Notes: generated by a model from the sequence alone, not told the origin. A stretch of DNA of 62,069 nucleotides, filler included, from Deltaproteobacteria bacterium (GCA_016202395.1; 5 parts of 5 records of this genome joined end to end with filler, not necessarily neighbours in it), one strand, 5' to 3'; shown: positions 48,050 to 58,346, numbered from the whole stretch's first letter. Translations and numbers: made by a program.

Positions 48050-49192
48050 TTAATCCGCCAAGGTCCATTTGGCAATAACCACTCGCTGGATCTCAGAGGT
48101 TCCTTCGTAAATCTCTGTAATCTTGGCATCGCGGAAATGACGCTCTACAGGGTAATCCTTAATATAGCCGTAGCCACCATGGACTTGGATCGCTTTGGTG
48201 GCGACCCACATCGCTGTTTCTGAGGCGAAGAGTTTGGCCATGGAGGCCTCTTTGGACATTCGGAGTCCTCGGTCCTTAAGATAGGCTGCTCTCCACACTA
48301 ACAACCGCGCGGCGTCAACTCGAGTCGCCATATCGGCAATCATAAACTGAATCGCTTGAAGATTGGCAATGGGTTGGCCAAAAGCTTCTCGCTGTTTGGC
48401 GTATTGGATCGATTCTTCCAAAGCGGCTCGAGCAATCCCTAAGGCTTGAGTGGCAATCCCAATTCGACCTCCATCGAGGGTGTGCATGGCCACTTTAAAA
48501 CCTCCCCCTACCTCGCCGAGAACATTTGCTTTTGGAACTTGGCAGTCTTCTAAGACAATTTGAGCCGTGCTGGAAGCGTTAATCCCAAGTTTCTTCTCGA
48601 TCTTAGCGATTTTCCAACCTGGATTCTCCGTGTCGACAATGAATGCGGTAATCCCTCTGTGGCGTTTCTCCCGATCATTGGAGGCAAAAACAATAGCGGT
48701 ATGGGCCTCTTTTCCATTGGTAATAAAATTTTTGGTTCCATTCAAAATCCACTGGTCCCCTTGGAGCGCCGCGGAGGTCTGTTGATTTGCGGAATCCGAT
48801 CCCGCATTCGGCTCCGAAAGACAATAACACCCAATTTTCTCCCCACGGGCTATAGGAACAAGGTATCTCTTTTTTTGTTCTTCCGTTCCAAAATGAAGGA
48901 TGGGACCCGCTACGAGTGAGTTGTTCACCGACATGATAACAGCGGTACTGGCGCAACCCCGTGCGACCTCTTCCAAAGCCAAGACGTAAGAAAGCGTCTC
49001 TAAGCCACTGCCTCCATACTCGGCAGGAACCATCATCCCCATGAGGCCGAGTTGAGCCATCTCTTTGACAAGTTCGTGTGGAAAACGACCGGCTTGATCG
49101 AGTTCAGCAGCCAACGGAAGAACCTTCTGTTGAGAGAAGTTCCGCGCCATCTCCTGAACCATCCGCTGTTCTTCGGTGAGTTCAAAATTCAT
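48050..49192 (-). CDS. Acyl-CoA dehydrogenase (short-chain/butyryl-CoA-like)
   Basis: LSEPNAGSD, NGTKNFITNG, LDGGRIGIA, AIQVHGGYGY, ITEIYEGTSEIQR. Confidence 0.95.
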   Translation of the reverse strand: MNFELTEEQRMVQEMARNFSQQKVLPLAAELDQAGRFPHELVKEMAQLGLMGMMVPAEYGGSGLETLSYVLALEEVARGCASTAVIMSVNNSLVAGPILHFGTEEQKKRYLVPIARGEKIGCYCLSEPNAGSDSANQQTSAALQGDQWILNGTKNFITNGKEAHTAIVFASNDREKRHRGITAFIVDTENPGWKIAKIEKKLGINASSTAQIVLEDCQVPKANVLGEVGGGFKVAMHTLDGGRIGIATQALGIARAALEESIQYAKQREAFGQPIANLQAIQFMIADMATRVDAARLLVWRAAYLKDRGLRMSKEASMAKLFASETAMWVATKAIQVHGGYGYIKDYPVERHFRDAKITEIYEGTSEIQRVVIAKWTLAD

Positions 49193-49193
49193 A

Positions 49194-49982
49194 CTATCTG
49201 CCCTTGAAATGTGGTTTGCGCTTTTCGAGGAACGCTTGGACCCCTTCTTTTCGATCTTCAGTGGCAAAAACGGTGGCAAAAGCGTTCCGTTCCAATTCAC
49301 AGCCGGTATGAAGATCGGTCTCCATACCATTATTGATCGCTTTCTTCGAAAGCTCAATGGCAATAGGCCCTTTTGAAAGAATCTGTTCAGCCCATTGCAG
49401 AGCCTCTTTCATTAATTCCTCTTTGGAAACAATTTTCTGAACCAATCCATATTCGTAGGCCTCTTGAGCGGCGATCTGGCGTCCTGTGAAGATGAGATCT
49501 TTCGCTCGGTTCCGGCCAATCAAACGCCCTAATCTCTGAGTTCCACCAAATCCAGGAATGATTCCAAGATTCACTTCGGGCTGTCCAAATTTCGATTCCG
49601 GCGTTGCCAAAATCAGATCACAGCAAAGGACCAGCTCGCATCCTCCCCCTAACGCATAGCCATCGACGGCCGCAATCACCACTGGATCAAGTTTCTCCAG
49701 CATGGCAAAGGCACGGTGCCCCAATCTCGCAAATCTTAAAGCATCGAGCGGCGCCATCTCCCCCATGGCTTTAATATCGGCTCCCGCGACGAAGGCTTTT
49801 CCTCCTGCTCCTGTCAGAACGACTGCGCGAATTTCACGGTCCTCACGGATCTGACGGCAAGCGTGAAGAAGATCCCGCAATGTCTCTTCGTTCAAAGCAT
49901 TCAGCGCTTGGGGACGATTGAAGGTGAGGATAACGATGGGTCCTCTCTTTTCGAAAAGGAGATTTTTAAATTCCATGCTCAT
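49194..49982 (-). CDS. Enoyl-CoA hydratase (crotonase)
   Basis: [44 protein letters not shown]. Confidence 0.95.
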   Translation of the reverse strand: MSMEFKNLLFEKRGPIVILTFNRPQALNALNEETLRDLLHACRQIREDREIRAVVLTGAGGKAFVAGADIKAMGEMAPLDALRFARLGHRAFAMLEKLDPVVIAAVDGYALGGGCELVLCCDLILATPESKFGQPEVNLGIIPGFGGTQRLGRLIGRNRAKDLIFTGRQIAAQEAYEYGLVQKIVSKEELMKEALQWAEQILSKGPIAIELSKKAINNGMETDLHTGCELERNAFATVFATEDRKEGVQAFLEKRKPHFKGR

Positions 49983-51295
49983 TCTTCAACCTCTTCCTCC
50001 ATCCCCTCCTCAGAGCTTAATAAAATTCTCTCCTTCAACCTCTTCTCTAAAGCCACTCGATACGTATCATAGGGCGCCACCGTTGTCCTGGCAACTTTCG
50101 ATTCCACAGCGGCTTGAGCCACCGCGGGGGCCACCCACGAAACCACACGGGTATCCAACGGTTTAGGGATAATGTACTCCGGGCCAAACTCGAGTTGAGC
50201 CCCTTGATAAGCCTCGCGAACCTCTTGCGGAACGGGCTCTCGCGCCAACGCCGAAAGACTTTTTGCGGCGGCCATTTTCATCTCTTCGTTAATGGTGCTG
50301 GCCCCCACATCCAAAGCGCCGCGAAAGATCCCTGGAAATCCGAGCACATTATTCACTTGATTGGGAAAATCGGATCGGCCGGTTCCCATCACAACATCTT
50401 TTCGCACCAAAATGGCCTCGGGATAAGAGATTTCTGGATCCGGATTGGCCAAAGCAAACACGATGGGACGCTCGTTCATACTTCGAAGCATCTCCGATGT
50501 CACAAGCCCTTTACTCGACACGCCAATAAAAACATCAGCCCCCTTCATGGCCTCTTCAAGACTTCGAATTTTAGTTTTCTGAGCAAACTCATCCCGATAT
50601 TTCTCTCCTCCCGGACGTCCGTGATACACCACCCCTTTCCGATCGCATAGAACGATGTTCCCCTTAGGAAGTCCGAAGCTAACGAGCATTTTGGCGCAGG
50701 CAATCCCAGCAGCTCCCGCTCCGCTAAACACCACTCGAACGTCTTGTATCTTTTTATGGACCACCTCTAAGGCATTGAGCATCGCGGCCGTTGTGATAAT
50801 GGCGGTTCCATGTTGATCATCATGAAAAACCGGGATTTTCAATTTTTTCCGAAGCTCTTCCTCAATGGTAAAGCACTCCGGCGCTTTAATATCCTCAAGG
50901 TTGATCCCTCCAAACGTCGGCTCCAAAGCTTGAACGATCTGAATTAAGCTATCGGGATCAGCCGACTGGAGCTCAATATCGAAAACATCGATGTCCGCAA
51001 AAAGTTTGAATAAAACCGCTTTCCCCTCCATGACCGGTTTTGCCGCTAAAGGCCCAATATTTCCAAGCCCTAAAACGGCTGTTCCATTCGTAATTACCGC
51101 CACAAGATTCCCTTTGGAGGTGTATTTGAAGGAAAGACTTGGATCGTTGGCAATCTCGAGACAAGGCTCCGCAACACCCGGCGTGTAGGCCAGCGAGAGA
51201 TCCCGCTGAGTCGCTAAAGATTTCGTGGGAGCGATGCTGATTTTTCCGGGCCTTCGTCCCGCATGGTATCGAAGGGCTTCCGCTTTGGTGATCAT
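49979..51295 (-). CDS. Malic enzyme (MaeB-like, no PTA domain)
   Basis: [49 protein letters not shown]. Confidence 0.93.
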   Translation of the reverse strand: MITKAEALRYHAGRRPGKISIAPTKSLATQRDLSLAYTPGVAEPCLEIANDPSLSFKYTSKGNLVAVITNGTAVLGLGNIGPLAAKPVMEGKAVLFKLFADIDVFDIELQSADPDSLIQIVQALEPTFGGINLEDIKAPECFTIEEELRKKLKIPVFHDDQHGTAIITTAAMLNALEVVHKKIQDVRVVFSGAGAAGIACAKMLVSFGLPKGNIVLCDRKGVVYHGRPGGEKYRDEFAQKTKIRSLEEAMKGADVFIGVSSKGLVTSEMLRSMNERPIVFALANPDPEISYPEAILVRKDVVMGTGRSDFPNQVNNVLGFPGIFRGALDVGASTINEEMKMAAAKSLSALAREPVPQEVREAYQGAQLEFGPEYIIPKPLDTRVVSWVAPAVAQAAVESKVARTTVAPYDTYRVALEKRLKERILLSSEEGMEEEVEE

Positions 51296-52302
51296 GCTAC
51301 TTTTACCGCTAAGGGGGGAGGGCTCATCTCGCTACTGTGTCCTGGGAATGCCTTCAGTTTAGGATTAACGAAGTGAACCCCTTGATTTACAGCAATGGCT
51401 ATTTCTCCAAATCCTGTGGCAATGAGCTTTAACTTTCCACCATGCGTGATTACATCCCCCGCTGCGTAAATTCCAGGAACGCCAGTCTCCATCTTTTCAT
51501 TAACGATGATGGTATTTTTTTCCACGGGAACTCCCCACTCCGCAATGGGACCTAAATTGGCAGAAAAACCGATATTTACAAGAATCATATCCACCGACAG
51601 AATTTCTTCCGCCCGGGTTCGATTGTCATAAATCACAGCGGTCTCGATTCGATCCTTTCCTTGGATGCCTTTCAGCTCATAGAAAAGTTTTATTTTAACA
51701 GGAGAGCTGAAAACTTTTTTGATGGTGTCTTCATGAGCTCGGAATTGATCTCGACGGTGAATGAGAGTAATTTCCTTCGCCATTTCTTGAAGATTCATTG
51801 CCCAATCAAAAGCGGAATCTCCCCCGCCAACGATCAATAGGCGCTTCCCCTTAAAAATCGATTTGTCTTTTACAAAGTAAAAAACAGACTTCCCTTCGTA
51901 TTTCTCCAGGTCCACACGATCCAATTTCTTTGGAGAAAACGCTCCAACACCCATGGCAAGGATAACAACCTTGCTGGCATGTTGTTGCTTCTGGGTTGCA
52001 ATAATAAAAAGATCCCCTTGTTTGCGGACATTTTGAACCCGTTCTTCAAGGCAAACCATCGGATGGTATTGCGATGCTTGCTCTACCAAGTTTTTTACCA
52101 GCTCTTTTCCTGAAATCTTAGGGAGTCCAGCGACATCAAAAATATATTTTTCAGGATAGAGGGCTGTGACTTGGCCCCCCAATTCCGCTAAAGAATCAAT
52201 AATCTTCGTCTTCATCTGGCGAAGCCCCGCATAGTAGGCTCCAAAAAGCCCAACGGGCCCTCCCCCAATGATGGTTATGTCGTAAAGTTCAAGCTCGCCC
52301 AT
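51292..52302 (-). CDS. Ferredoxin-NADP+ reductase, TrxB-like YumC type
   Basis: [47 protein letters not shown]; no CxxC. Confidence 0.88.
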   Translation of the reverse strand: MGELELYDITIIGGGPVGLFGAYYAGLRQMKTKIIDSLAELGGQVTALYPEKYIFDVAGLPKISGKELVKNLVEQASQYHPMVCLEERVQNVRKQGDLFIIATQKQQHASKVVILAMGVGAFSPKKLDRVDLEKYEGKSVFYFVKDKSIFKGKRLLIVGGGDSAFDWAMNLQEMAKEITLIHRRDQFRAHEDTIKKVFSSPVKIKLFYELKGIQGKDRIETAVIYDNRTRAEEILSVDMILVNIGFSANLGPIAEWGVPVEKNTIIVNEKMETGVPGIYAAGDVITHGGKLKLIATGFGEIAIAVNQGVHFVNPKLKAFPGHSSEMSPPPLAVKVA

Positions 52303-52346
52303 AACTTCCAATAATGAGCTAAGTCTGATAACATCCTGTGTCATAA

Positions 52347-52925
52347 ATGTCAAATTCTCTTTGTGATTCCAAGATAAAGAGAGAGATTCAGCAGAGACTT
52401 TCGAAGGCAAAGCCTGAGAAAATTCTATGGAAGTGTGAAGCGGAGGGAGCAGTTCTCCTTATTTTAAACTATCATGAATCCGGCTTGACGATACTCCTTA
52501 CCAAGAGGAGTGAAAACCTCACTCATCATAAAGGGCAGGTTGCTTTTCCGGGAGGCTTAATTGAAACTACGGATTCTTCTCCTTTGAAGACTGCCTTGCG
52601 GGAGACTCAAGAAGAGATTGGCCTCGATCCAGAAACGATCGAAATCCTGGGCGAACTTCCAAAAACCGCAACCGGCTCAAGCCTCGTTTTAGTGAGTCCA
52701 TTCGTCGCTTGGGGAGAGAATCTTTCCAATTTCAAACCGAATCCGCGTGAGATTGAGAAAATTTTTGAGATCCCTGTGGACTTTTTAAAGCAGCCCAATC
52801 TTTTTCAAAAACAGTTGTGGAACGATGGAGTTCAGAACCATTATCTCTATTTTTTTGATTACCAAGGGGACCGAGTTTGGGGCGCGACCGCCGCCATCCT
52901 TAAAAAATTTATCGATTTAATTTAA
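52347..52925 (+). CDS. Nudix CoA pyrophosphatase
   Basis: LLTKRS..L..HKGQVAFPGG, ALRETQEEIG, VWGATA. Confidence 0.9.
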   Translation: MSNSLCDSKIKREIQQRLSKAKPEKILWKCEAEGAVLLILNYHESGLTILLTKRSENLTHHKGQVAFPGGLIETTDSSPLKTALRETQEEIGLDPETIEILGELPKTATGSSLVLVSPFVAWGENLSNFKPNPREIEKIFEIPVDFLKQPNLFQKQLWNDGVQNHYLYFFDYQGDRVWGATAAILKKFIDLI

Positions 52926-52933
52926 TCTCCTTT

Positions 52934-54487
52934 CTAATCAAGGCCTTTTCGTTTCGGAAAGGAAATGAGCGCTTGGAGAAGCCCCTGGAGGCGTTCTTTA
53001 AAACTTCCCTTCCTGAAAAAATGCGCGAATCCTTCAGCCAATTTTTGAGCGCTTTCGTCGTAAGGATACCACCACGGCTCGCTCTTCGCCTTGGACTTAT
53101 CGATCAAAATAAACTTGGGCGTCACCATTTCCATTAGAGCATGGCGAGAGTTTGTTTTTCCAAAGCCGCTCTCTTTGATTCCTCCCCAGGGGACTTGGTA
53201 AAGAGCGGGGGTGAAGGTGGTATCATTAATCGTCACGTGCCCTGCTTCGATTCTTTTTGCAACCCTCTCCCCTTTTTCAAGATCTCGAGTCCAAACAGAT
53301 GCCGCAAGTCCATAGCGGGAATCATTGGCCTTTTGAATGGCCTCTTCCTCTGAATCAAAGGGAATCAACGGCAATAGAGGCCCAAAGGTTTCCTCCGCCA
53401 AAACTTGGGCTGACGGAGAGACGTTTTCAAGCAAGGTGGGTGGAAAGAAATACCCTTTTTGATCGGGAGGAACCCGTTCCCCCACAATTTTGGCTCCCGT
53501 TTCAACGGCTTCGTGAAGCTGCTTTTCCACTTTTTGCCATTGAGTGGAGTCAATGAGGGGTCCCACGTCGGTCTCTTCTCCTTTCCAGCGAAGTTGTGTG
53601 ATTTTTTGTGCAAGAAGTTCTCGAAATGGCGCGTAAATCTTGCGATCAATGTAAACTCTCTCCACAGAATTACAGGACTGCCCCGCGTTAGCGCAAGCCC
53701 CCCACAAAATTCCATTGGACGCCCGCTCCAGATCGGCGTCTTCCAGAACAATTGCGGGATCTTTTCCACCCAGTTCCAGAGAGACCGGCGTTAAAGTTTC
53801 AGAGGCCATTGCCATGATCTTTTTCCCTGTAGCGACCGAACCGGTAAAGAAAATCTTCTGAACCCCTGCGCGAACTAAAGCCTCTCCTACCTTTCCATTC
53901 CCCTGGACGATCTGAAACACCCCTTCGGGAAATTTTGCCTCCTCAAAAAGACGCCCCAATTCCGACGAAATTCTTGGAACCTTCTCTGAAGGTTTTAAGA
54001 TAACGATATTCCCCGCCATTAGAGCAGGGATGATCTGGCGAAGAGGAATCGAGATGGGGTAGTTCCATGGAGCGATCATGGCAATTACTCCAAGTGGTTC
54101 AAACTGGAGGTATCCTTTCTTCCCAGGAAATTGAATCGGGTTGAGAAAAATTTTCTCCGGCTTTAAAAACTTCTCCGTCTTCTTGGCCCAGTATTGAAGA
54201 AGATCGATGTTGGGAAGAATCTCCGCAAAATACGATTCCGCAGCAGGTCTCCCATTCTCCTCTGCGAGAATGGAGACTAATTTATCACTATTTGAAAGAA
54301 AAATCTCACGAAAACGCTGAATGTATTGAGCCCGCTCTTTGTAGCAGAGTTGCTTCCACTGAGGAAAAGCGCAACGAGCGCGGTGGACGGTGTCCTTGAC
54401 TTCCTGATCAGTTGGAATCAGAAATTGCTTCTGAACTCTCCCTGTTCGAGGATTGAGCGAGAGGATCCGTTCTGTTACGACTTGCAT
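52934..54487 (-). CDS. Aldehyde dehydrogenase
   Basis: IAPWNYP, LKPSE, FTGS, LELGGKD, GQSC, EETFGP, WGGIKESGFG. Confidence 0.95.
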   Translation of the reverse strand: MQVVTERILSLNPRTGRVQKQFLIPTDQEVKDTVHRARCAFPQWKQLCYKERAQYIQRFREIFLSNSDKLVSILAEENGRPAAESYFAEILPNIDLLQYWAKKTEKFLKPEKIFLNPIQFPGKKGYLQFEPLGVIAMIAPWNYPISIPLRQIIPALMAGNIVILKPSEKVPRISSELGRLFEEAKFPEGVFQIVQGNGKVGEALVRAGVQKIFFTGSVATGKKIMAMASETLTPVSLELGGKDPAIVLEDADLERASNGILWGACANAGQSCNSVERVYIDRKIYAPFRELLAQKITQLRWKGEETDVGPLIDSTQWQKVEKQLHEAVETGAKIVGERVPPDQKGYFFPPTLLENVSPSAQVLAEETFGPLLPLIPFDSEEEAIQKANDSRYGLAASVWTRDLEKGERVAKRIEAGHVTINDTTFTPALYQVPWGGIKESGFGKTNSRHALMEMVTPKFILIDKSKAKSEPWWYPYDESAQKLAEGFAHFFRKGSFKERLQGLLQALISFPKRKGLD

Positions 54488-55266
54488 GGTGACCCCTTTG
54501 TTTCCCCATCACCCCATCCCTCTCCCCCTTGGGGAGAGGGAGCGAGGGTGAGGGGAAAAGTGTAGTGATATCGAATTTCGTCCTCCGGATAACGATACTC
54601 CTCCCCTACGGGACAGGCAAGTCGAGCGTGGCAGGTCGCTCGACAAGGGAGTTCGGCCTTCCGAAAAGTGATGCATCGCTCTAAGTCAATTCGATCTTTT
54701 GAGAAATCAGCCGCGTTGCCTCGACAGCCTTGAAGGCAGTAACGAAGGCATCCCTCACAGGGCTTCCCTTGAAGATCCAGGGGACTTTCAGGTACATCGA
54801 AAGGCAAAAGGACCCCGGCTCGAAACGCAATCCACGGGCCATACGTTGGATGCACCAACATTCCAAGGGGGCTTGGCGTGCCGAGCCCCGCCAACTTGGC
54901 TAAAGTAACGAAAGGGAACCAGACCGGTTCGGTGTAAAAGGGATAAAAAAGATGATACGAAACACCAGCCTCATCAAAAACTCGAGCCGTTTGTTCGATA
55001 ATTTGCCGTGTGAATGTGTCAAGAGGATGAGATTGTTTTAGAAAATCCGGCTGTTGGTGGCAAAATTTTCTGTACTGACACCAAAACTCCCCGCCACCAT
55101 TTCCAATAATTAAAATAGACTGCGCTTGTGGCCACACTTTGCAAAAGTCGATCTCTTTTGTGCGATTCTGACGATAGGTCTCTAAGGAAATCGTTCCCAG
55201 AAGATTAAGGCCCGAGCTTTGAAGCCTCTTCCGAAAAACCGAAATGGTAGGATGAAATTCAAGCAT
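54475..55266 (-). CDS. QueG/CblC(MMACHC)-like protein with Cys-rich Fe-S tail
   Basis: LIIGNGG..FW, HPLD, LAGLG..SPLGMLVHPTYGPWIAFRA, PCEGC...CLQGC...C...C...CHARLACP. Confidence 0.6.
   Translation of the reverse strand: MLEFHPTISVFRKRLQSSGLNLLGTISLETYRQNRTKEIDFCKVWPQAQSILIIGNGGGEFWCQYRKFCHQQPDFLKQSHPLDTFTRQIIEQTARVFDEAGVSYHLFYPFYTEPVWFPFVTLAKLAGLGTPSPLGMLVHPTYGPWIAFRAGVLLPFDVPESPLDLQGKPCEGCLRYCLQGCRGNAADFSKDRIDLERCITFRKAELPCRATCHARLACPVGEEYRYPEDEIRYHYTFPLTLAPSPQGGEGWGDGETKGSPCKS
54504..54555. repeat. REP-like hairpin within the 3' end of the Fe-S gene
   Basis: CCCTCTCCCC-CTT-GGGGAGAGGG nested in TCACCC / GGGTGA; reads PLTLAPSPQGGEG. Confidence 0.75.
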
Positions 55267-55330
55267 CCTTGGGCATCATATCGAACCTCCCTCTTTTGTC
55301 AATTAGGGATTAGAACTTCAAAGAGACCCA

Positions 55331-55513
55331 TTACCAGGCCCAGCCGATCCCAAGATTGAGGGCAGGAAGAGGTACTGTTTCGTCATCTCCACTTAAGGCG
55401 AGAATTCCTCCATTGAAATCCAAGTAGAAACCGCTTTTTTCCAAAATCCAAGATCCTCCCAACAGAAATCCGGGATAGGTAAAGGTATTGACCCCTGATG
55501 CTCCACCTAAGTA
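55331..55513 (-). pseudogene. Fragment resembling the C-terminus of an outer-membrane beta-barrel, with no obvious start
   Basis: 60 open codons YLGG...GFYLDFNGGI...PALNLGIGWAW*, in frame right after the stop of the upstream gene. Confidence 0.55.
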
Positions 55514-56176
55514 TTAACGTTCAAAAATAATAGACCCCAGCGATCGTTTGCTAGTCTTTCGATCTGATCGGGTCAGTGAGCCACTCGTGGAACCCGCCGC
55601 TGTTCGTTTCCCATCAATATTGAGTTGAATCTCGCAAGTTTGATTTTCAAAAGGGCTACAAGTGCCACTCAACGTTACTTGTGCTACATCCGTTCCCGTA
55701 ATAGCATTATCTACATCCACAAAAAAGATAACCCGTTCATAACCCGAGATAGTGCAACCATTGTCCAACGTGTCAGACCCCTCGAGTTCAAATGTCGCTC
55801 CCCTTCCACTAACCGTTCCAGTGAATTCAGATCGGTCATTATCATCAACGGAAGAAAAGAAATCCTCATCGGATTCACTATCACTAATAATAATCTCTGT
55901 CTCGTTCTGTTCAATGACCTCGAACGTACTCTCCACAGGGAAAAATTCTTGAACTGCTGAAGTTATATCGCCAGAACAAGTGCTTTGACCAAAAGAATAA
56001 GTCAAAGCGTAGCTTCCTGTAAGATCTTCGGGAGGAATCCCAGGGGCCGGTAATTCCTGCTCACCCAGTAGAGGGCCTGAACCTGGTGCATTTCCTTCAT
56101 CGTCTTCTCCACCACAACCTAAAAATAAAGCTCCACTTAAGAATCCTACCGCCATCCATAATTTTATCGGTTCCAT
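55514..56176 (-). CDS. Hypothetical lipoprotein, paralog 1
   Basis: Lipobox FLGC; PPEDLTGSY motif and 4 further Cys shared with 56695-57405 and 57402-57950. Confidence 0.8.
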   Translation of the reverse strand: MEPIKLWMAVGFLSGALFLGCGGEDDEGNAPGSGPLLGEQELPAPGIPPEDLTGSYALTYSFGQSTCSGDITSAVQEFFPVESTFEVIEQNETEIIISDSESDEDFFSSVDDNDRSEFTGTVSGRGATFELEGSDTLDNGCTISGYERVIFFVDVDNAITGTDVAQVTLSGTCSPFENQTCEIQLNIDGKRTAAGSTSGSLTRSDRKTSKRSLGSIIFER

Positions 56177-56234
56177 TGATTTTTTCTCCTTTTCTTTAAA
56201 AAGCGCAGCCAATCATCCTAATCCGTGGTGTAGA

Positions 56235-56250
56235 TGCAAATATTATGCCA
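56235..56250 (-). promoter_or_regulatory. Sigma54 promoter
   Basis: TGGCATAATATTTGCA; IHF-like site 56288-56300; palindrome GACAAATTTTGTC at 56329-56341. Confidence 0.78.
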
Positions 56251-56507
56251 AAAATAGGTTCCAGAGCTTGTATACGAGAAATTTCTGTAAGCAATTGAAA
56301 AAATTATAGATTTTAAATAATTGGGGGTGACAAATTTTGTCTAGGGCTCATAAAATAGTAAAAAAAATTAACAGCTCAAAATCAGGAACTGAAGGGATCC
56401 CCTTAAAATCATTAAGCTTTTGGGTTGTTAATGATCTTTAACACCGTAGTGTTAAGTTTCTTTAACAGTTGCTTCTAGGCCCCTTAAAATGGTATAGGGT
56501 AACCTCA

Positions 56508-56690
56508 ATGCCAAAAGCGAGTTCACCGAGATGTTTGGTGTGTGGGAAGGAATTTGAGGGGGGAGGATCGATCTGCCCTACCTGCGCTGAGAAGATTCGT
56601 GGCGAGGCGGTAGGAGAGCAAAAAAAGATTCATGAGGCCGGCCGAAAAGAACAAAAGAAATATGGAATTCCTGAAGATAAGAAAGGATGA
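56508..56690 (+). CDS. Small zinc-ribbon-like protein
   Basis: CLVC...CPTC followed by a charged helix; 60 aa. Confidence 0.6.
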   Translation: MPKASSPRCLVCGKEFEGGGSICPTCAEKIRGEAVGEQKKIHEAGRKEQKKYGIPEDKKG

Positions 56691-56694
56691 TCGC

Positions 56695-57405
56695 CTACAT
56701 CTTTAGATTGAGCGAAAAACCTTCAGGCACCATCTTCAAAGCGTGAGACGATCCCTCCAAGGCCGGTTCCTTTTCTTCAGACTCAAAACCGAGCATTTCT
56801 GAAAATCTACACGCGGCAGACACGGTGCTGGTTAAGAACTCCTTCATGTGAACGCCCAGTCCGGAGATGCGATAGCCCACCTTGCAGTTTTGCGATTCTA
56901 AGCCGCCGCAGCTACCACTAATCTCAAAACTTCCCAACAGAGTGCCATTGAGATATTTTGCAGTCAGAGGATTGGCTGCGGCATCATAGGAATCAACCGC
57001 AATCACCACAGAGGTGGTTGATTCATAGCGACAGCCGTTTCCAGTTTGAGATTGCCTGTCAGAATACACCATCGAGTTTCCATAAACCTCTGCTGTGAGA
57101 TATTCGAGAGATCCCCCCTTGTTGAGCACCGTTTCAATATAAATATCCTTATCCTCTTGTTCATCGACAATGAACATTCCTTCCAGAGAGAGAGGCAGCT
57201 CTGCCGCTATCTCTTCTGCGCAGTTCGTCTCAACAAGAGTCATGGCGACATGAAACGATCCAGAGATGGTTTCTGGAGGGATTGGCGGAGGAATGTTTTG
57301 AGTAAAGTTAAAGGGAGCCTCTACACTACCTCCTCCGTCCCCACCCTCTCCCCCACAGGCAAAGAATAGAGAGGCTATCAAAACCGGAACTGTAAATAAT
57401 TTCAT
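56695..57405 (-). CDS. Hypothetical lipoprotein, paralog 2
   Basis: Lipobox FFAC; PPETISGSF; ATGA overlap with upstream gene. Confidence 0.8.
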   Translation of the reverse strand: MKLFTVPVLIASLFFACGGEGGDGGGSVEAPFNFTQNIPPPIPPETISGSFHVAMTLVETNCAEEIAAELPLSLEGMFIVDEQEDKDIYIETVLNKGGSLEYLTAEVYGNSMVYSDRQSQTGNGCRYESTTSVVIAVDSYDAAANPLTAKYLNGTLLGSFEISGSCGGLESQNCKVGYRISGLGVHMKEFLTSTVSAACRFSEMLGFESEEKEPALEGSSHALKMVPEGFSLNLKM

Positions 57406-57950
57406 TGGCAAATATCCCCCCACTCCTTGATATAAAACTTCACCTTGCAGGTTTTTTGGGTTCCCACGCATTCTCCTTTCATATCCAGAATCACAACCTC
57501 GGAGGCATTATCAATCTCCATCGTAGTGACAACCGTGGGGATGACCATAGAAGAGAAGTAATCCACGGAACAGCTCCCCTGGGATAAAGTCTCTTGTTTC
57601 TGAAAAATCATTGTGCTTCCGCGAACTTCTCCTGTGAGAGTTTCTTTCTTTCCGTTGATGACCACGTCTAAAGTGATTTTGTTTCCTTCCTGACTTGCCA
57701 CGGTGAAGCAGGCCTCTTTCACCGGATCATCAATATATTCCGGCAACCCATCAACATTATCGCAATTTTCAAGATCGCTCAGATTAAACGACAAGCTAAA
57801 AGATCCTGTAATAGTTTCTGGCGCAGTTTCCGCGTCAGGAATCGGTTGCTGAAACGGGTCGTTCTCTACGACCACTCCTAACGTGAGAAGGATCACGGCC
57901 ACCGATAGGCCGATGATGGCATAAGCTAGGGTGAGCCAAGAACGGCTCAT
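57402..57950 (-). CDS. Hypothetical membrane-anchored exported protein, paralog 3
   Basis: N-terminal TM helix; APETITGSF; GAAAGGAG RBS before ATG 57950. Confidence 0.75.
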   Translation of the reverse strand: MSRSWLTLAYAIIGLSVAVILLTLGVVVENDPFQQPIPDAETAPETITGSFSLSFNLSDLENCDNVDGLPEYIDDPVKEACFTVASQEGNKITLDVVINGKKETLTGEVRGSTMIFQKQETLSQGSCSVDYFSSMVIPTVVTTMEIDNASEVVILDMKGECVGTQKTCKVKFYIKEWGDICQ

Positions 57951-58001
57951 GGCTCCTTTCTTTTTTCTTATCATCCGACACCTCACTGAAGTCATATAAC
58001 A

Positions 58002-58017
58002 TGCAATTTCTATGCCA
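58002..58017 (-). promoter_or_regulatory. Sigma54 promoter
   Basis: TGGCATAGAAATTGCA; IHF-like TATCATAGAGTTA at 58032-58044. Confidence 0.78.
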
Positions 58018-58048
58018 AAGATCAAAATTTATAACTCTATGATAATAC

Positions 58049-58148
58049 NNNNNNNNNNNNNNNNNNNNNNNNNNNNNNNNNNNNNNNNNNNNTTAATTAA
58101 TTAANNNNNNNNNNNNNNNNNNNNNNNNNNNNNNNNNNNNNNNNNNNN
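58049..58148. other. Artificial contig linker
   Basis: N-run with TTAATTAATTAA. Confidence 0.99.
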
Positions 58149-58331
58149 CGCCAAAGGCGGGAAAGGGCCGATTTCTGCTGTTTGAGCCCCGCCATTGGCG
58201 GGGCGAGTTCAGAAATCGAGCGACCGAGCCTTAGAGGGGTCAAAAATCTTGTGAGTGAAGCGAGAAAAAACATTCCCACGAACTTTTTCCACCGGTCCGT
58301 CAACAATCTTGTGAGTGAAGCGTAAAAAACA
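58149..58331. repeat. Family B-related element end with duplicated terminus
   Basis: GCGAGTTCAG...CCTTAGAGGGGTCAAAAATCTTGTGAGTGA resembles 34873-34922; the terminal ~33 bp repeats 60 bp later. Confidence 0.65.
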
Positions 58332-58346
58332 CGCTAGCAGCGAGGA

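Noticed and set aside
58239-58331. Possible CRISPR mini-array
   Set aside because: Only two imperfect repeats, similar to a palindromic element end, and no cas genes in the window.
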